Of a stretch of 64,000 nt of DNA, positions 23,700 through 36,460 are shown piece after piece. This DNA is from Raillietiella orientalis (lineage: Eukaryota): NCBI GenBank assembly GCA_036172245.1, contig JAYWIR010000002.1:6944001-7008000 (forward strand). Reading direction: 5' to 3'. Both the position numbers and the translations under genes were made by a program. The stretch's first letter is position 1. The number at the start of each line of letters is the position of its first letter. Under the pieces are notes generated by a model, which was not told the origin of the DNA, did no database searches, and saw nothing but the letters and a program-made list of their open reading frames with translations.

Positions 23700-25030
23700 T
23701 AGTGATGAGAAGCAGTCCCTTCGTGGTATAAGGAATGATTGCTGCTTTTCCTGAGAGGCAGCTGCTGGAATACTTCTAAGACAGGAATTTTTGTCCATCC
23801 CCCTGTTACCTTTCGAAGCATCGGCATTCCTTAACCCTTTTAAGTTCTTTCAAACACAGGCAGCTTTCTTGAATCGCCCGCAACCTTACACTAGGATGGT
23901 TCTGCTTTGCATACCCAAGCAGACGTCCACCGTTCTTTATCACAGTTCCTGAAGGTTTGCAGTGGAACCACAGGTAAGAATGCACCATCTTCTGCAGCTC
24001 GGAGTAAATTTCCACTTTCTTCCTCAAGGTCAGCGTCACAATCTATATCTGCTGTCAGCTATAAGTGGGAGGGCTACTCCTGAAGACACTGGTTCTGTAT
24101 GCCTCGGGATCATTCAAGAATCTTCTTTGTGGCGTCAGGAATACGTCTGAAAAAGATGCTGATAGTACCATTTGCAATACCGAAAGAGCGTCAGCCATCA
24201 AATTCATCCCATAATATACAAAAATAAAGACGAAATGCATTGCGAAGAAAGTGATGTGACCTAAAATTTCGAGACACTTCTGAGTTTAGCTTGTTCATTG
24301 GTTGGCTTTCTTCTTTATCAAAGCTTAATTGGTGCTGAACAGCAAGACAACGGGAAATATTTAACTCTAATTGTTCCAGTAGCCGACGGACTACCAGAGA
24401 TACAAAACTCCCTGGTACAATACAAGAAGGCGAACAAAGTGGAGGAACTGGCGGTAGCATCTGCAAAGTTCCATCCGATTCTGATCAAGAGTTGAAAGGC
24501 CATCACCGAGAGAACATACGGGAACAATTCGGAAGAAAATATTGCAAGGGAACGTAAGAGGAACAATGCATTGGATCTTTTATGCTCTCCAGCTGAAAAC
24601 TGGCTTGAGGAACAAAGTGAAGCACACGAAGAAGGTGTTGCTGGCACTAAACGCGGGCGCTACGAGTGCGACCCCATGCTGGAAGGGGGTGAGAGGGGGA
24701 GTAGACACTTTGCACCCTCGTGCAAAAAAGCATTATTTTATTTCCAGAATTCCTCGATCGCCTATTAGATCAGATCGCTCCATTTTTCCCCTCATTTATT
24801 GCTTCTGAGTGGTCCGCTGTCATTCAACTAGTCAGATGCGCCAAAAAGCAGAGAGGTGCCCGAAAAAATGCCTGCTGCTTCCTTGAAGAACCGTCCATCG
24901 TTCGGGGTTCAAACTAGACAAAACGCTTTTCCAAAAGACTTTCGAAAGAAGGAAGAGTGCTGTTTAGCAGGAACAGAGCAAACATCTACCGTGATGCAGC
25001 TTCGTCTCGGAGATTCCAGGAAGCATCCTT
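23700..25030 (-). mobile_element. Decayed L1-like reverse transcriptase region
   Basis: AT-richer block with RT motifs in order across frames: LFLLNS (PISLLN), QFSAGEHKRSNALFLL (RGTRQGCPLSPLLF region), STLFAFLY (LFADD region), LQKMVHSYLW..KNGG (FIW..K.GGL). Confidence 0.5.
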
Positions 25031-25099
25031 AAGAAACTGAAGCGATCGGGGGGACTTGGGAAGCCAGTGGAGGAGATCAGCGCTTATTTGCTCCTCCTT

Positions 25100-25900
25100 C
25101 AGAGATGAGTGGTCAAGAAAGAAGCACTCTCAGTTCTTGTTTCTCCTAGTGATGCTTCCATCAGCTCGGAGACAGAGGATTCTTGCCAACCGCTCAGCCT
25201 GGAGATGTTGCATACGGGGGCCGATACCGGGACTCAGTCCTAGCTCCCATCCACCTGAGGAGGACTAGCGGGGAAGCAGCTACCAGAACACATGATAAGC
25301 GTCTGCCGAGAGCGTCTGAAAGTTGAACCGAACGCGAACCAAAGGAAACGGAACCTCATGAAGTTGGCAATCCGGAAGAGGACTTTTAGTCTTCTTTTTC
25401 TGGAAAAACACTTGGACCGTGCCCTTGGATTCTTGAGACAAGTCCTTTCGGCAAAAGGCAAGAGAAAGAGCAAGAGAAAGACAGGCAAGAGAAGAGTTGA
25501 ATCTTGTTCAGCATCGGACTTCATTGAAAAGGTCCATCGTACTGCTTCCATCCATGACCTCATGGACGGTGCCGTTGCTGCCCTAACGACATTCGAGGCT
25601 CGGGTTGTTTTCTTGCCCCTTGTTCGAGTGCGAAATCTTCTGCAGAGGCAAAAGCGGGGCAGCAATTGCCCAATAGTAGAGAAGAAGCTTGCTGGAATAA
25701 TAGCCACGAGCCAGGAGCACGCTGTTTCCTAGGCGCTGCTCCAGGAAGGGGAGAAGGAAGAACAAAGCATCTCGAGTGGCACCGCCCGTTGCAGAATGAA
25801 GAGGAAAGGAAGAGGCAAGCACCTTCCTAGGGTGTGAGGTGACTGCAAGTAGTTCCGGATGGTTGCGGAGGAAGGAAGGGACTGGTTCCTTCGCAACAGA
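25100..25900 (+). mobile_element. Degenerate Tx1-like ORF1 remnant (family D copy 1)
   Basis: 25675-25880 is colinear with 28323-28525 (gaagaagcttgctgga..agccagga.cacgctgtttcctagg..ggttgcggaggaagga); relic zinc-knuckle spacing. Confidence 0.5.
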
Positions 25901-26079
25901 GTGTTGGTACAGTCCCCACCTACTCGCTAGCAGGGAGCTGAAAAAAAGGGAAGGGGATAGTGAGTAGGATGCAGGACTTGCTTGGCAGCCGCTGCATGTG
26001 AATCCCATTTTTTACCAAACGCTCACAGGAGCGTGAAAGAGGTGTATCAAAATAGGAGAAGGAAGAGAGACCTACTCGG

Positions 26080-26495
26080 CAGTGAATGGACGGGCTGGGA
26101 AACGCCTATTATCGAACTCCTTAGGTGCGTCCCAGCCCATAGAGCACCTTCTCTCTTGAAGGAGTCCCTTCGGCGTTCTCTTCAGAGGAGGGGGAAACAA
26201 GGAGCGGATTCTTTCCGAGGGTCCCTCGGAAGGAGAAATTCGAAGAGCGAATTCCTTCCAGGTTGTCTTCGGAGAAGAAACAATGACTGCCTTCGGGAGG
26301 TCCCTCCGGAGAGGATAAGAAGGACGTCCTCTTCGGGACTCCCTTCGGAGACACTTAGGGAGAAAGTTCCCTTTGGGGTTCCCTTTCGAGGGTAAGAGGA
26401 ACAACCTCTTCCTCCGGAGTCTTCCGAGACTCAGGGTGGTCCACTTCCAGGGTAGCTCCTAGCTTGAAGAGTTGACACGCACCCTCGGGTGCGTG
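26080..26495 (+). mobile_element. Family A copy (partial)
   Basis: ttctcttcagaggagg..cttgaagagttgacacgcaccctcgggtg shared with other copies. Confidence 0.7.
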
Positions 26496-26749
26496 TGAAC
26501 TCTTACTCTTTGTCAACTCTTTCTCAATCTCATGAAGGGGTCCCTACGTCCCGCTTTCCAGGTCGGAACCGTGACTCCGCACAACCCCTCTACGGGATAG
26601 AAAACGTAAGGTGGATGGGTCCACGCGAAAAAAAAAAAAACTATCAGCCTGGCTTCTGAAAGCTAGAAACGAGAAGCCGCAGGGGTCCACCGGGAGCACA
26701 AATCGCGGCATTCCACCGTGAGATACGAGCCTCGGAGGAGCCCACCATT

Positions 26750-27450
26750 CCCGATCGCTTCCCCACTGAAGAACTGCGAGACGGCGTTGCGTAGCGAAAC
26801 ACAGCTCCCCATCACGTGCGGTTCGCACCATCGCGAAATGCGTACGTCGAGAATCACGAGCTCTTCACGAGACAGGAGGTGCGGTGGTCCAATTGGATCG
26901 CTGGATATCTCTGGAGACTCAAGTCATGTCGACATTCCGCCAGTGTTTGAGACGGTCTGCGAGAAGACTCAGAACCGCTGTCGCCCGTTCACACTCGAAG
27001 GGGAAAAAAGCACTCAGAGGCACATCTTCCATCCCCATTCCGAAAACCATAAGGGGGAGAGGTTTCTTTGGCAACGATCTTTATCCACGATCGTCAAGAA
27101 CGAGGGAAAGATGCAAAGCAACTTTTCGAGGGTAGTCGCTAGCGAAAGACGTGCGAATCGATTTGTTCCTCCGCTCTACGAAAATTTGCTTTCGGGGTCC
27201 ATTTCCGGTGCAAAAGCGAGACGCCGACATGCAATGAAGCCGGTCTAATGAAAGGATGCTGGGATGCGCCCCGTCACTGTCTCGGCTGTTTCGAAGGGGA
27301 GGAAAGGGCCGCAGGAGAGGAGACAAATACAAGCTTCCCCGTCTCGTTCTGCTGTGAGCCAACGATCCAAACCAAAGCGTTCGCGTCAAGGAAACCGAAG
27401 AGACGTAAAGTGGACTCTCGAACCGATAACGTCAAGCTTCGGAAGATTCG
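26750..27450 (+). mobile_element. Possible Gypsy-like integrase remnant
   Basis: WISLETQVMSTFRQCL and AHLPSPFRKP weakly resemble the WWP..D..V..C..C and PL.P..PW segments. Confidence 0.25.
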
Positions 27451-27959
27451 ATTACCTCAGAGGACCTAGTCCTCCTGAGGAGCCCCCTAGCATCACGTGC
27501 AACGCAGCCGTGTCGCCTTGGCAGGACTCATTAGCGGTAGGAACTCGGAAAATTGATGCTGACCCGATCCCAGAAGTGCGAGGCGGAGGAAACAACGTCA
27601 GCAGCAGCAGCCGCGTGCATCCAAACTGCTGTCCGTCGCTCGCCGAAGACTATGCATTTGCACGGAAACGGCAGAATCAGGTGGGAAGGAGGGACCAGAA
27701 GATCCAGATGCAGAGCACAGCACCAAGAAAGGGAGAGTCAGGCATGAGCAGTCGCAGATGGCCCGCTGCCACGTCCCGTCTGCCGCTCCCCTCAGCCGGG
27801 CCACACCAAGCCACAGCGAACCAGGAGGGAAGGCGCCTGACTGATCGTCGTGGAGACAGAGCGCGGAGGTTCCGAGGTCGGAGGTCACGGGTCAGATCTT
27901 CGGAATTCGCTCCAGAATCCCCGACTCCAGAGGCACCTCCAGGACCTCGGGTTTTGAAG

Positions 27960-28560
27960 GCGCGTGATGGGCGGCGGTTACTCGCGCTCAGCTAGTGACA
28001 ACGCCCTCGTTCAAACGAGGGAAAAACAGATGGAAAGAGGTTTGGCACACACGCTTTGGTTGGTTATCCTTGGAAACCGCGTCATTTGCGCGGATTTTCC
28101 TCATTCTCACTCATCTGGTGGACTCGGCGGTGTTCTTTTCCTCTCTTTGCCCGTGACCGCACGGAATAGGCTGTCGACTCGAACAGCAATGAGAGGCGAC
28201 TTGTCTTCTCGTCCCTCATTCGAATTCGAGGTGTCACTCCGCCCACCTCACCCATCACACACCCCACCCTTCGCGATAAAAGACCCTCTGCGAAGGAAAA
28301 AGTATGACAGCGGTCACCCAGCAGTAGAAGAAGAAGCTTGCTGGAGTGATGACTACTAGCCAGGAACACGCTGTTTCCTAGGGACTGCTCCAAGAAGTGG
28401 AGGAGGAGGAACGAAGCTTCCTGAATAGCATCCTCCGTTGCAGAAGAAGGAAAGGAAGAGACAAGCACCTCCCAAGGATGGGAAATGACTCCAAGTAGAT
28501 CCAGAAGGTTGCGGAGGAAGGAGGGAGGAGGGAGCTGGTATTTTGGCAACAGCGAAGGGG
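27960..28560 (+). mobile_element. Degenerate Tx1-like ORF1 remnant (family D copy 2)
   Basis: Nucleotide similarity to 25675-25880; KKYDSGHP..EACW relic knuckle. Confidence 0.5.
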
Positions 28561-29899
28561 AAGGAGGGAGAGAACTCGCCATTGAGAACATAGGAAGAGG
28601 AGCAGCGGAGAGATGCTGATAGCAGAGGAGAACTCAGAGGGGTCCTCCCGTGGACGCGAGCGATCCTCTCCTCCTGGAGTTCTGCTGCTAAGCGTGCGAG
28701 AGGGAGTCCGTGGCATGCTGGAGGCGACACCACGTGCACGCAGATCCCACTTTATGCTAAGCTCTGAAACGCGCGCGAGCTTCCTCTGGAGACAGAGGGA
28801 TCTGGGGAATGCTCAGACTCGTGCTGAAACGGCAGCAGCTGCTGGTGCTCGCTGCAAGCGAAAGATGCAAAGTTACTTCACAGTGAGGCGCCCTGGTCAT
28901 TTGAGCCGCTGTCGCCAAGGACAGGGGGTCAGAGGTCAAGGAAGGCATCTGCAGCTTGAAAGTGGAGACCAGGTGGAGCCCTCGGGAGAAACGTCAGAAA
29001 CCAGGAGATGGAGGAGCGGAAGGAACCCTGCTGGTATCTTCCTTCGCTGACCTCTCGAGCAATGACGTGAGGATCGGGTCGCAGAACGCTCGCATCGGCG
29101 GTGGCGCCGAGTGCAACCTCGGCATCCGAACCGGAGCAAGTGAAGAGGGAAAGCCGCCCCCACACGCTGGAGGGCCAGCGGAGGCGAGAAACCGGGAGCA
29201 GCTGGGTATGGCACGTTTTGAAAAGGGAAGGAGCGAGAGAACGAGACACGGTCATGTCCACGCGTGGGGAGAGCGGGGACTGCGAGAAGACGCGACTCTT
29301 CACTCTCGGCTGGCCGTGTCGAGCGGCGAGTTCCTCTTCTCCCAGGAGCTCCATTGGCGAGGGGAACGGGAATCGTGACCATGCCTTGGGCGCTGGAAGC
29401 GAGTGACAGTCCCCCTACCAGATAATGACCCGTCGATGGTCACGACATCGACCAAAGTGCAAGTGGCAGGGGAAAGAGGGGAGGAACGGAGTTGTCTCCT
29501 CTTGGTCCAGACTAGAAAGTCCCTCAAAAGCATCGCTTCAGGTCGCTTTGTTTGAGCAAACGGGAAAGTGAGAGGAAGAGCCGCTACCTTGGCGACGTGA
29601 GCACGGAATGCGACCGCAGCGCGAACCAGAGGGCCCCCGGTGAACTGATCCGACCGAGGCCTATCCGGGAATCTTCTCTTCCTCCCCTGCAGCTCGGATT
29701 GCTGCAGCAGAAGACACTCTGCCCTGCTTGTGGTCTTCAGAGGAAGCAGAGAGACGTTTGACCCCCTCGGTGTTTTCGGCGCTCCGTCGACTCACGAGTC
29801 GCCCATTCCGTTCCCTAACCGTGACCTCCCCCTAATACGACTGTGCTGCTGACTCTCCGGTATCAGCGGATTTGGGTTGCTACCTCCTAACCGCTGTGC

Positions 29900-30880
29900 A
29901 CCCCGACGGGCGGCGTCCGAAGGCGATTCGGTGCCGCCGCTGACGCAATCACGTTCTTCCCTGGTCTCCACCTCTCCCCTTCAGCCGTTGGACGGATGCT
30001 GTTGCACTTCATGCTGAGTTCTCTTCGTACGCTGCAGGAACTCATGCTTCAGGTTCACTGCGCATCCAGCATCCGATCTTCCGAGCATCCAGCTGTACCT
30101 CGCTTTTGGTCCCACATCTTCCTGCATCCAACGATGCCGTTCCCACATTTTGACGATCCTTCCCCCTCCCCTCAGCCTGAGATACTCCGGGAAGCTGTCG
30201 TGCCAGACAGGGTCCTTCCCCGAGTTCATCTTCAGTCCTTCCTCTCTCGGGGGAATTTCAATCCCAGGCGTCTCTGCGGTTTGCTGCGAGTGGCAGCAGC
30301 TGCCGCCTCCTCATCTTACAGCTGCTCCTTTTTTGAGACGAAGGCGATGCTCCCCTAGAAAACTGGAAGACGCCAAGGGACACACCTGTCTGTGGTCACA
30401 CGCCTATTGCTCACGCTGCCTCTCTTTGCCTGCGGACATCCCGAAAAATTTTCCGAGGGCTCCGGCGCAGAGGCAAGTCAAAGGGCCTTACCGATGATGT
30501 TGGCGCCTGGCTCAGCCGTCAGCTATTGGGTTTCGTTGGAGCAGTCGCGAGCTCTCTCCAGCAGCGAGACGTGCCCAGCGAGGCTCGGTTCCAGAGAGGT
30601 GACAGCCTCGGGGTGTGCAGAGAGGAAGCCTGCCCGCGGATGTCCACCCTTTCCAAGCTTGCTCTCAGCAACCGCATCCCATTCGCAGCAGTAGGGGAAA
30701 TCGAGCGCCTCGCAGAGCCGCTGCAGCTTGGCTGCTATTGCCGAGATTCCTTCTCGTCCTTGGACGGTTGGCCCAAGTCCGTCTCGGAAAGACTTGCGTC
30801 CGTTTCCAAAAGAGGTTGCCAGGATAGGTGGCTGTCGCTAAGAAGGATACAAGGAGAGGGAAGACGCGTGCCTCCGCATT
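29900..30880 (-). mobile_element. Decayed Tx1-like ORF2 C-terminal region
   Basis: RVFPLLVSFLA..KRTQVF..WANR..FPLLLR and DAGCAVNLKHEFLQR resemble the post-RT Tx1 ORF2 segments. Confidence 0.45.
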
Positions 30881-30884
30881 CGGT

Positions 30885-31332
30885 TCACCAAGTACTAAAG
30901 AACCGCTCGTCTAGGGACTCATAACGCTCTTCAACACGGTCCACGCAACCCGAGGGTCCCTTTAAGTTAAAAAGTACCCCGGGAGGGGACCGCCCTATGA
31001 ATCCAGGAGGGCTCCGGAGGAAGGGGTCTGTTCCTCCCATGCTTGGTAGAGAAGGGAACCGCCTCTTCCTAGTTCTCTCCGGCAGAACCCCCCGGTTTGT
31101 GGGAGCCGCTGCTCTTTTTCCCCTCCAAAGGGAACCCGGAAGTGATCCGCTTTCGGAATTCCTTCTCCGGAGGGAAGCCCCAAGGGAACTGCTTCTGGTT
31201 TCCTTCTCTGTTGAGAATCCCGTAGGGACGCTTCCAGGTTTCTTTGAGGGACGCTCACCGAAGGTAGCAGCACCTTCATTGCACTCTGGAGAAGCAACCC
31301 TCAAGGGGGGTAATCAACCAGTTCCATGGTAC
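30885..31332 (-). mobile_element. Family A copy (partial)
   Basis: Minus strand catggaactggttga..cctcctggattcataggg..gcggttctttagtacttgg; translates GGTDPFLRSPPGFIG..ERFFSTW. Confidence 0.75.
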
Positions 31333-31419
31333 GCCTTTTTTTTTTTTTTCAGGGAGTGGGGTGGGGGAGCATTTAGCTGCAGCTGGTCCTGGGGATCTGG
31401 ATGGGTGCTTTTATGAGCC

Positions 31420-33050
31420 TCGCGGGTGTTAAATAAAAAGGAGAGTTTGGGGATGAGACCGATGCTGACCAGCGTTCCGTATGGTGAACTCCAGGCTGCC
31501 GTGAGACGCTGGCGCACGGCGCTTGCGGTGGTCACGCTTTGTTGGCTACGATTTGGTGGCAGGGAGGTTCCTTGGTTCTCGAGGACGGTTCAGGGATTCA
31601 AGCAAGGTGCTTGGGCTTCCCCAAGTAGTGTGGCCTTGCACGGTGTCAGTGGGCGGAGGTGGATCGAGTGTAGGAGAATGCTGGAGCTCTCGAGGAGTTC
31701 TTGGGCCATTCTCTCACCCCCACCCCCTCACTCTACCCTCCTGCGACGGAGTACGAATACGCGAACGTTCTCTTCGAAAGGAGGAGGCCCTACGGTTAGT
31801 CGCATCAGCATGCTGGTGGTGCTCTGCTAACGATAGGTAATCACTTTGTACTGCAGACATGTATGCGACCTCACCACTGAATGAGGGGAGAACGGTCGTT
31901 GATTCGTGGGGAGATGCGGGGCGGGTGTTGGGGCTTTCGAAATCAGCACCTGCATAACCGAATCATGATTTGCTTGTGCAGCTTTCGACCCACCACGAAG
32001 GTGGGTCAGTCCCGGGGGATGACGGCGAGTGAAAAGGTGAGGATGCAGATTGAACTCGGTTTCGTTGCCATGGTTTCCATGCCGGTAGGGAGGGGGCGAA
32101 AGTCTGGCAAGTCTTCTTGCCTCTTTTAGTATCGAAGATGTGGGTCTTGGGAGGTCGCCAATATTTGCGATTCTCCACCTGCGCTGAATAGTTTTTGAAC
32201 TTGTGGAATCCGATTTTCGAAAAGGAGGATGACAAGGGAGAGAGATGGAAAAAAATTATGATGTTTGTGATGAGGAACATCGTAATGGGCCCATGGAGCG
32301 TGCTCCCAGAAAATGATGCCATTTTCTGATGGTTCTCCGGAAGCACATTGAAGGAAAACATTTTCCTCTTGTTTTCTGGTTGCAAAGGCAGCTGCCTACA
32401 TGGTGACCCTGATTGACCACGAGCTGACCCACGAGTTCCTACTCAACAGTTGCTCATTGCGTCTTCAAAGCTCGTGATCCTTCGACGATTAGCGCTCAGC
32501 ATCCGAGGAGCTACAAGAGCTCTGTTTTCAAAAGGTTCTTGTGCAGGAAGCGGAGGGTCTGACGGTCGAACATAACGGCCCTCGCTCTTTCTTGGACGAA
32601 CTGCAACTCAGCCGGAAAGGATGCGGCATCGGGGAGAAAAGCATGGAAGGAATAAGACAGGGTTCTGGGAAACCATCGTGTTTTCGAAGATGGACGAGGT
32701 ATGTAACCACGTCCTGGATTCCACTCCTTTGATGTTCATCATGATGCTGTGGAAAAGCATCGTCATTAGCGAGCAGCGTTCGCTGCAACTCTTTGGGTGG
32801 CAGCGTCGCTCGAGGAAGTGGAGTCTCGCCGATCGCGAACCGGCATTGCCACCAGGACCACGAGGGCGAAGAACGAAACGCATCCCGTGAAAACGAAGTC
32901 TCCCCTTTCCTTGGCCCTCTTTCTCCGCATCGCTGATGTGTTCTTTTCTTCCTGAGGGAGGGAACCGTGATGAGAAGCTTGACCTTCCCTCTGAATTTCT
33001 GCAGAGCAGTTGCTCTTAGGTCACCTCGAACCTCCTACTTCCAATGGGGA
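31420..33050 (-). mobile_element. Decayed Tx1/L1 RT region with 3' UTR-like end
   Basis: ENRALVAPRMLSAN (NWRPI.LLN), KRGKKTC..LSPPPY..METMA (RGVRQGCPLSP..MEPLA), KAAQANHDSV (QYADD region) in order. Confidence 0.5.
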
Positions 33051-33079
33051 TCCCTTTCCGTAGAGTTCTCTAAACGATA

Positions 33080-34300
33080 GGATTCAGTAGCTCCTTAAAG
33101 AACGGCACATTTCACTGAAGAACCCTCTCGTCCGGCTGCAGAGTCTCGATGCTGCATCTCGAAATATCTTTCTTGGGGCTCCGGCAGGTGTTTCAGCAAG
33201 CATGAGAAGAGGAACCAGTGCATCGAGAGGTAGCCTGGATCGCGAGAAGCGGAAGACTTCAAAGACGAATTGTTCTCGTGGAAGACTGGTCCAGGAGCCA
33301 GCTTGGCTGCTCGCCGGCAGGGAAGATCGACAGGTGCTTCCTTCCGGAGAGGGCGATTCCCATGAGGAAGGACGTGGGGTCGCTTTCGCTTCTCCCCCGT
33401 CAACTTGGTTCCGACCATCTCTGTCGCCCCTTCTCCTACGGAACGTTCGATGTCCTCCCACCACCACCCACCTCCCACTGGTGTCCACCTCCCATCCCTC
33501 TTTCGACGGTTGCGGTGTCTTTCCCTTCTCTCCAGTACTGGTCCTCCCGACCCTGCTGCTCCTGAAGAACACCGTCGTCCCTGAGGAAGTCGAAGAAACT
33601 GGGAAAGCAGACCTCTCGATGATTCTTCTTCGCGCCTCCGAGAGAGGGCTGCGCCGACTCATCTGCAGTCGGGAACGCAAACGCTTGGAGCCCTGGTCAG
33701 AAGCCGAGTGCGCCCTGGGGCGAGGTTCGGACTCTGGAGGAGGGCCACATCTGCCTCTTCTTCCACATACGCTCATCCCGGCAAGCAGATCCCGACGTGC
33801 GTCCTTCCACGTCAGCGGGGGGATTGCTGCGTTTGCAGCTGCAAGGGCCAGTCTTGTCCAGGGGCTCGCCTGAGGGCCTGACTCCTCCAGCCCCTTCAAG
33901 CAAGAAAAGAGCTACGTGCGAGCGCGTTGTCGAGATCCAGGGCTCTCCACTCTGCGGAAGTGAATCACTGGAAAGAAGGTGCAGTTGGACAGCTCTCGCC
34001 TCCGGTCTGCCGCGGCTGCCCGTCTTCTGAGCTCCTCCGAGTTCCGCCACGCCACAGGCCTTTGTTGCTCCTCCTTCGCGTACCTGGCTTCTCCTTCTCT
34101 TCTTCGTTTGCTCTTGGAATTCCGCAGAACGACGTCGGATGCTTCCGACAAGGAGCTCGAGTCGGCCAATGGCGAAGTCGGGTCCCAGCGAATACGCGCA
34201 GCGAAGTGGCAAGCGAGATCGGCGTGCCAGTGGGGACCAATGAGCACGGAGGAAGCCAAGTCGAATCTGAGGAAGAATACTGAGGATCTCTAGGAGACTC
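33080..34300 (-). mobile_element. Decayed Tx1-like ORF1
   Basis: PTSFLMG..IFPAGEQP..SRCTGSSSHAC..CRSPKK..RC resembles Tx1 ORF1 zinc knuckles; lies upstream of the RT remnant on the same strand. Confidence 0.45.
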
Positions 34301-34499
34301 TGCCCCTCAGCTGGATGGTGGTGGGCCAAAGGGAGAGGGAAGCTGTGACGTCATTTTTTATTGCGCGGGCTGCAGACGCCTCCGATGCAGGCCTGAGGGC
34401 TTTTCGCCAGCGACGCCGCGCCACCATGCAGGGAGAATGTTGAAACCACCAAGAAACGAGAACCCGAAATCATAGGCAGGAGTGGAAGTCGAAAAGATG

Positions 34500-34710
34500 A
34501 CCAGGTGCTTGGATGAGGGAGCGGGTTCTGAAAATGCACGGCCGTTGTCCCTTGGAGCTCGAGGTGTCGCTCCCGGTGAGCCGTCAGGGATTCCCTTACG
34601 GAAAATGGTAGGGAATTTGCAACAGAGAAACGAGTCCCTTCCTCCTCCCCGACACCGTCCCCTTCTGACTTGTAGTTTATTCTTTAAATAAACGACCCGG
34701 CGTGACCAGG
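34500..34710 (+). mobile_element. Tx1-like 3' terminus fragment
   Basis: aaataaacgacccggcgtgaccagg matches the shared terminal motif. Confidence 0.5.
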
Positions 34711-34739
34711 AACAACTCATAATCGATCATGCGGGTACG

Positions 34740-36460
34740 TTTTCCTTGGGTGGAAGCAAGGGATGTACGAGGGCCCCGCGAGTGCTGCTGGAAGATGTCC
34801 CTCGCCTGAGAAGAAGGGAGGAGTGGAAAAAAAGTTCCTTCGCCCTCCGGACCGACAGAGTCGTGGGTGGTGTGGTTTCCGCCCCAGTGAGCTTCACTGC
34901 TTCAACACCGAGGGAGAGCAGATGTTCCAGGGCGGACGCTTCTCTTCTCCCAGCGCGCAGTCTGCTTTGGAACCCTGGCCTTCGGGAAAATTCCTGAGGA
35001 GCCTCCAGGAGCCGGTCCGGTCGAGAAGGTCTTTGCAGGCGAGTCGCTGCTGCCAGAGTTCCGGAGGCAAAGTCGGATCCCCCTAGGCAGATCGGGGAAT
35101 GTTTCGCCGCATTCCGTTCCAGGTTCCTCATCCGTGAAATGACCGGAAGTGGAGCCGTGCCTGGGTCTTCCGCAGGCCTTCCCACTGGAGAGGGCGAGCA
35201 GGGTCCTCCGCAGCTCGCAAGCTGATCGGCGAGCAGCACGGCTTGGGAAGCAGGGGGGGTGAGCAAAAGAGCGAGTGGGGGGTTCCCCGGCAAGGAGAGT
35301 CCTTCAACGCGGGTTCTCCCGAGGGTCTTCGAGCGAGCGGCAGACCCGGAAGGAGAGACTAGCCCAGCCTCGTTCCGACTGCGGTCGCAGCTCGGATCAC
35401 GGCAGTCCCCTCCCCACTTCGGCGGGAGCCCTTCCCGGTTCTCATATTGTCTTTGCTGTTTTCCTTCCAGCTGTTGTTTTTTCCCATTAGTTTGCCAAGT
35501 GCTGAAGAACCGTCCGCCTCCTCGGGAGGAAGGGAGGGCCGCGAAACTCTTTGACACCATCCATGCTGCAGGATACGTGCAACTCTTCCAGTTGAGGCTC
35601 CGGGGACGGCAGCGACGACGGCAGCGGGGAGCGGAGGCGTCCGTCGCCGCGCCGCGCCTCGCTGGAGATGCCGTCATCAGACAGCACTCCCAGCCCGAGT
35701 CCTACTTGTGCCGCCGCAGGCTGCACGAGGCGCAGCGGCAGTAGCACGCGGTCGCCCGCGACAGGGAGCTGGCCAAGTCCAGCGCGGACATCGCCGCCGA
35801 TTCCCTGCGGGACGAATGCGGGGGTCATTCTGTTCTTGAGACAGGAGCGGAAGTGGGAGAGTCAGCGCAGAGGATGCCGGCGCCTTGCTAGTCGGAGTCC
35901 GCGCGGAGCATCTCGACTCCCGCGAGGAGAGGAAGCAGCAGCAGCAGCAGGGGAGGGCGAAGGCGACCAAGCCGAACGTCGGGTGCCGCCTGGGCAAGAG
36001 CAAGAACCTCTTCGAGAAGCGGAAGAGGATCAGCGACTACGCCCTGGTGATGGGCAGGTTCGTCGCCATGGTCGTCGAACTGTCCAGCGCGGGAGTCTCC
36101 TCCTACTCCATGGCCCTGAAGACTCTCTCATCACTGTGTCACTGCTGTCGCTGCTGGGTTCCATCGCGGCCTAAGCACCGAAGCACTCTTCAAGTTAAGG
36201 GGTAATCCCGGAGGGCCCACCACCCCACGAATCCAGGAAGGCTCCGGGGAAGGGATCCGTGGTTCCTCTCGCGCTTTGTAGAATTTCGAAGGGAACGCCT
36301 CTTCCTGATTCTCTCCGGAGAAACCCGCAAGGGAAGGGCTCCTTCTTTCCTCCTCCTCTGGAGAGAACCCCGAAGGGACACTTCCCAATTCCTCTGAAGG
36401 GTCGCTTCCCGAAGGGAGCAGCGAGCTTCTTGCACTCTGGAAGGGCGTCACCAATCCGCT
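34740..36460 (-). mobile_element. Family A copy interrupted by the SK fragment
   Basis: Family A sequence runs to aacttgaagagt (36196-36185) and resumes at aactggaagagttgcacg (35593 downward), then ggttcttcagcacttgg. Confidence 0.75.
35594..36184 (+). pseudogene. SK: Processed fragment of a small-conductance Ca2+-activated K+ channel gene (SK/KCNN family): N-terminal tail, S1, S2
   Basis: KPNVGCRLGKSKNLFEKRKRISDYALVMGRF..ELSSAGV.SSYSMALKTL, then frameshift to ITVSLLSLLGSIAA*; upstream IAADSLR and ALLVGVRAEHLDSREER also match my recollection of insect SK; stops, frameshifts and small deletions; no introns. Confidence 0.9.

Noticed and set aside
35594..36184. Functional SK exon
   Set aside because: In-frame stops, frameshifts, deletions in S1, no splice sites at the boundaries, embedded in a repeat
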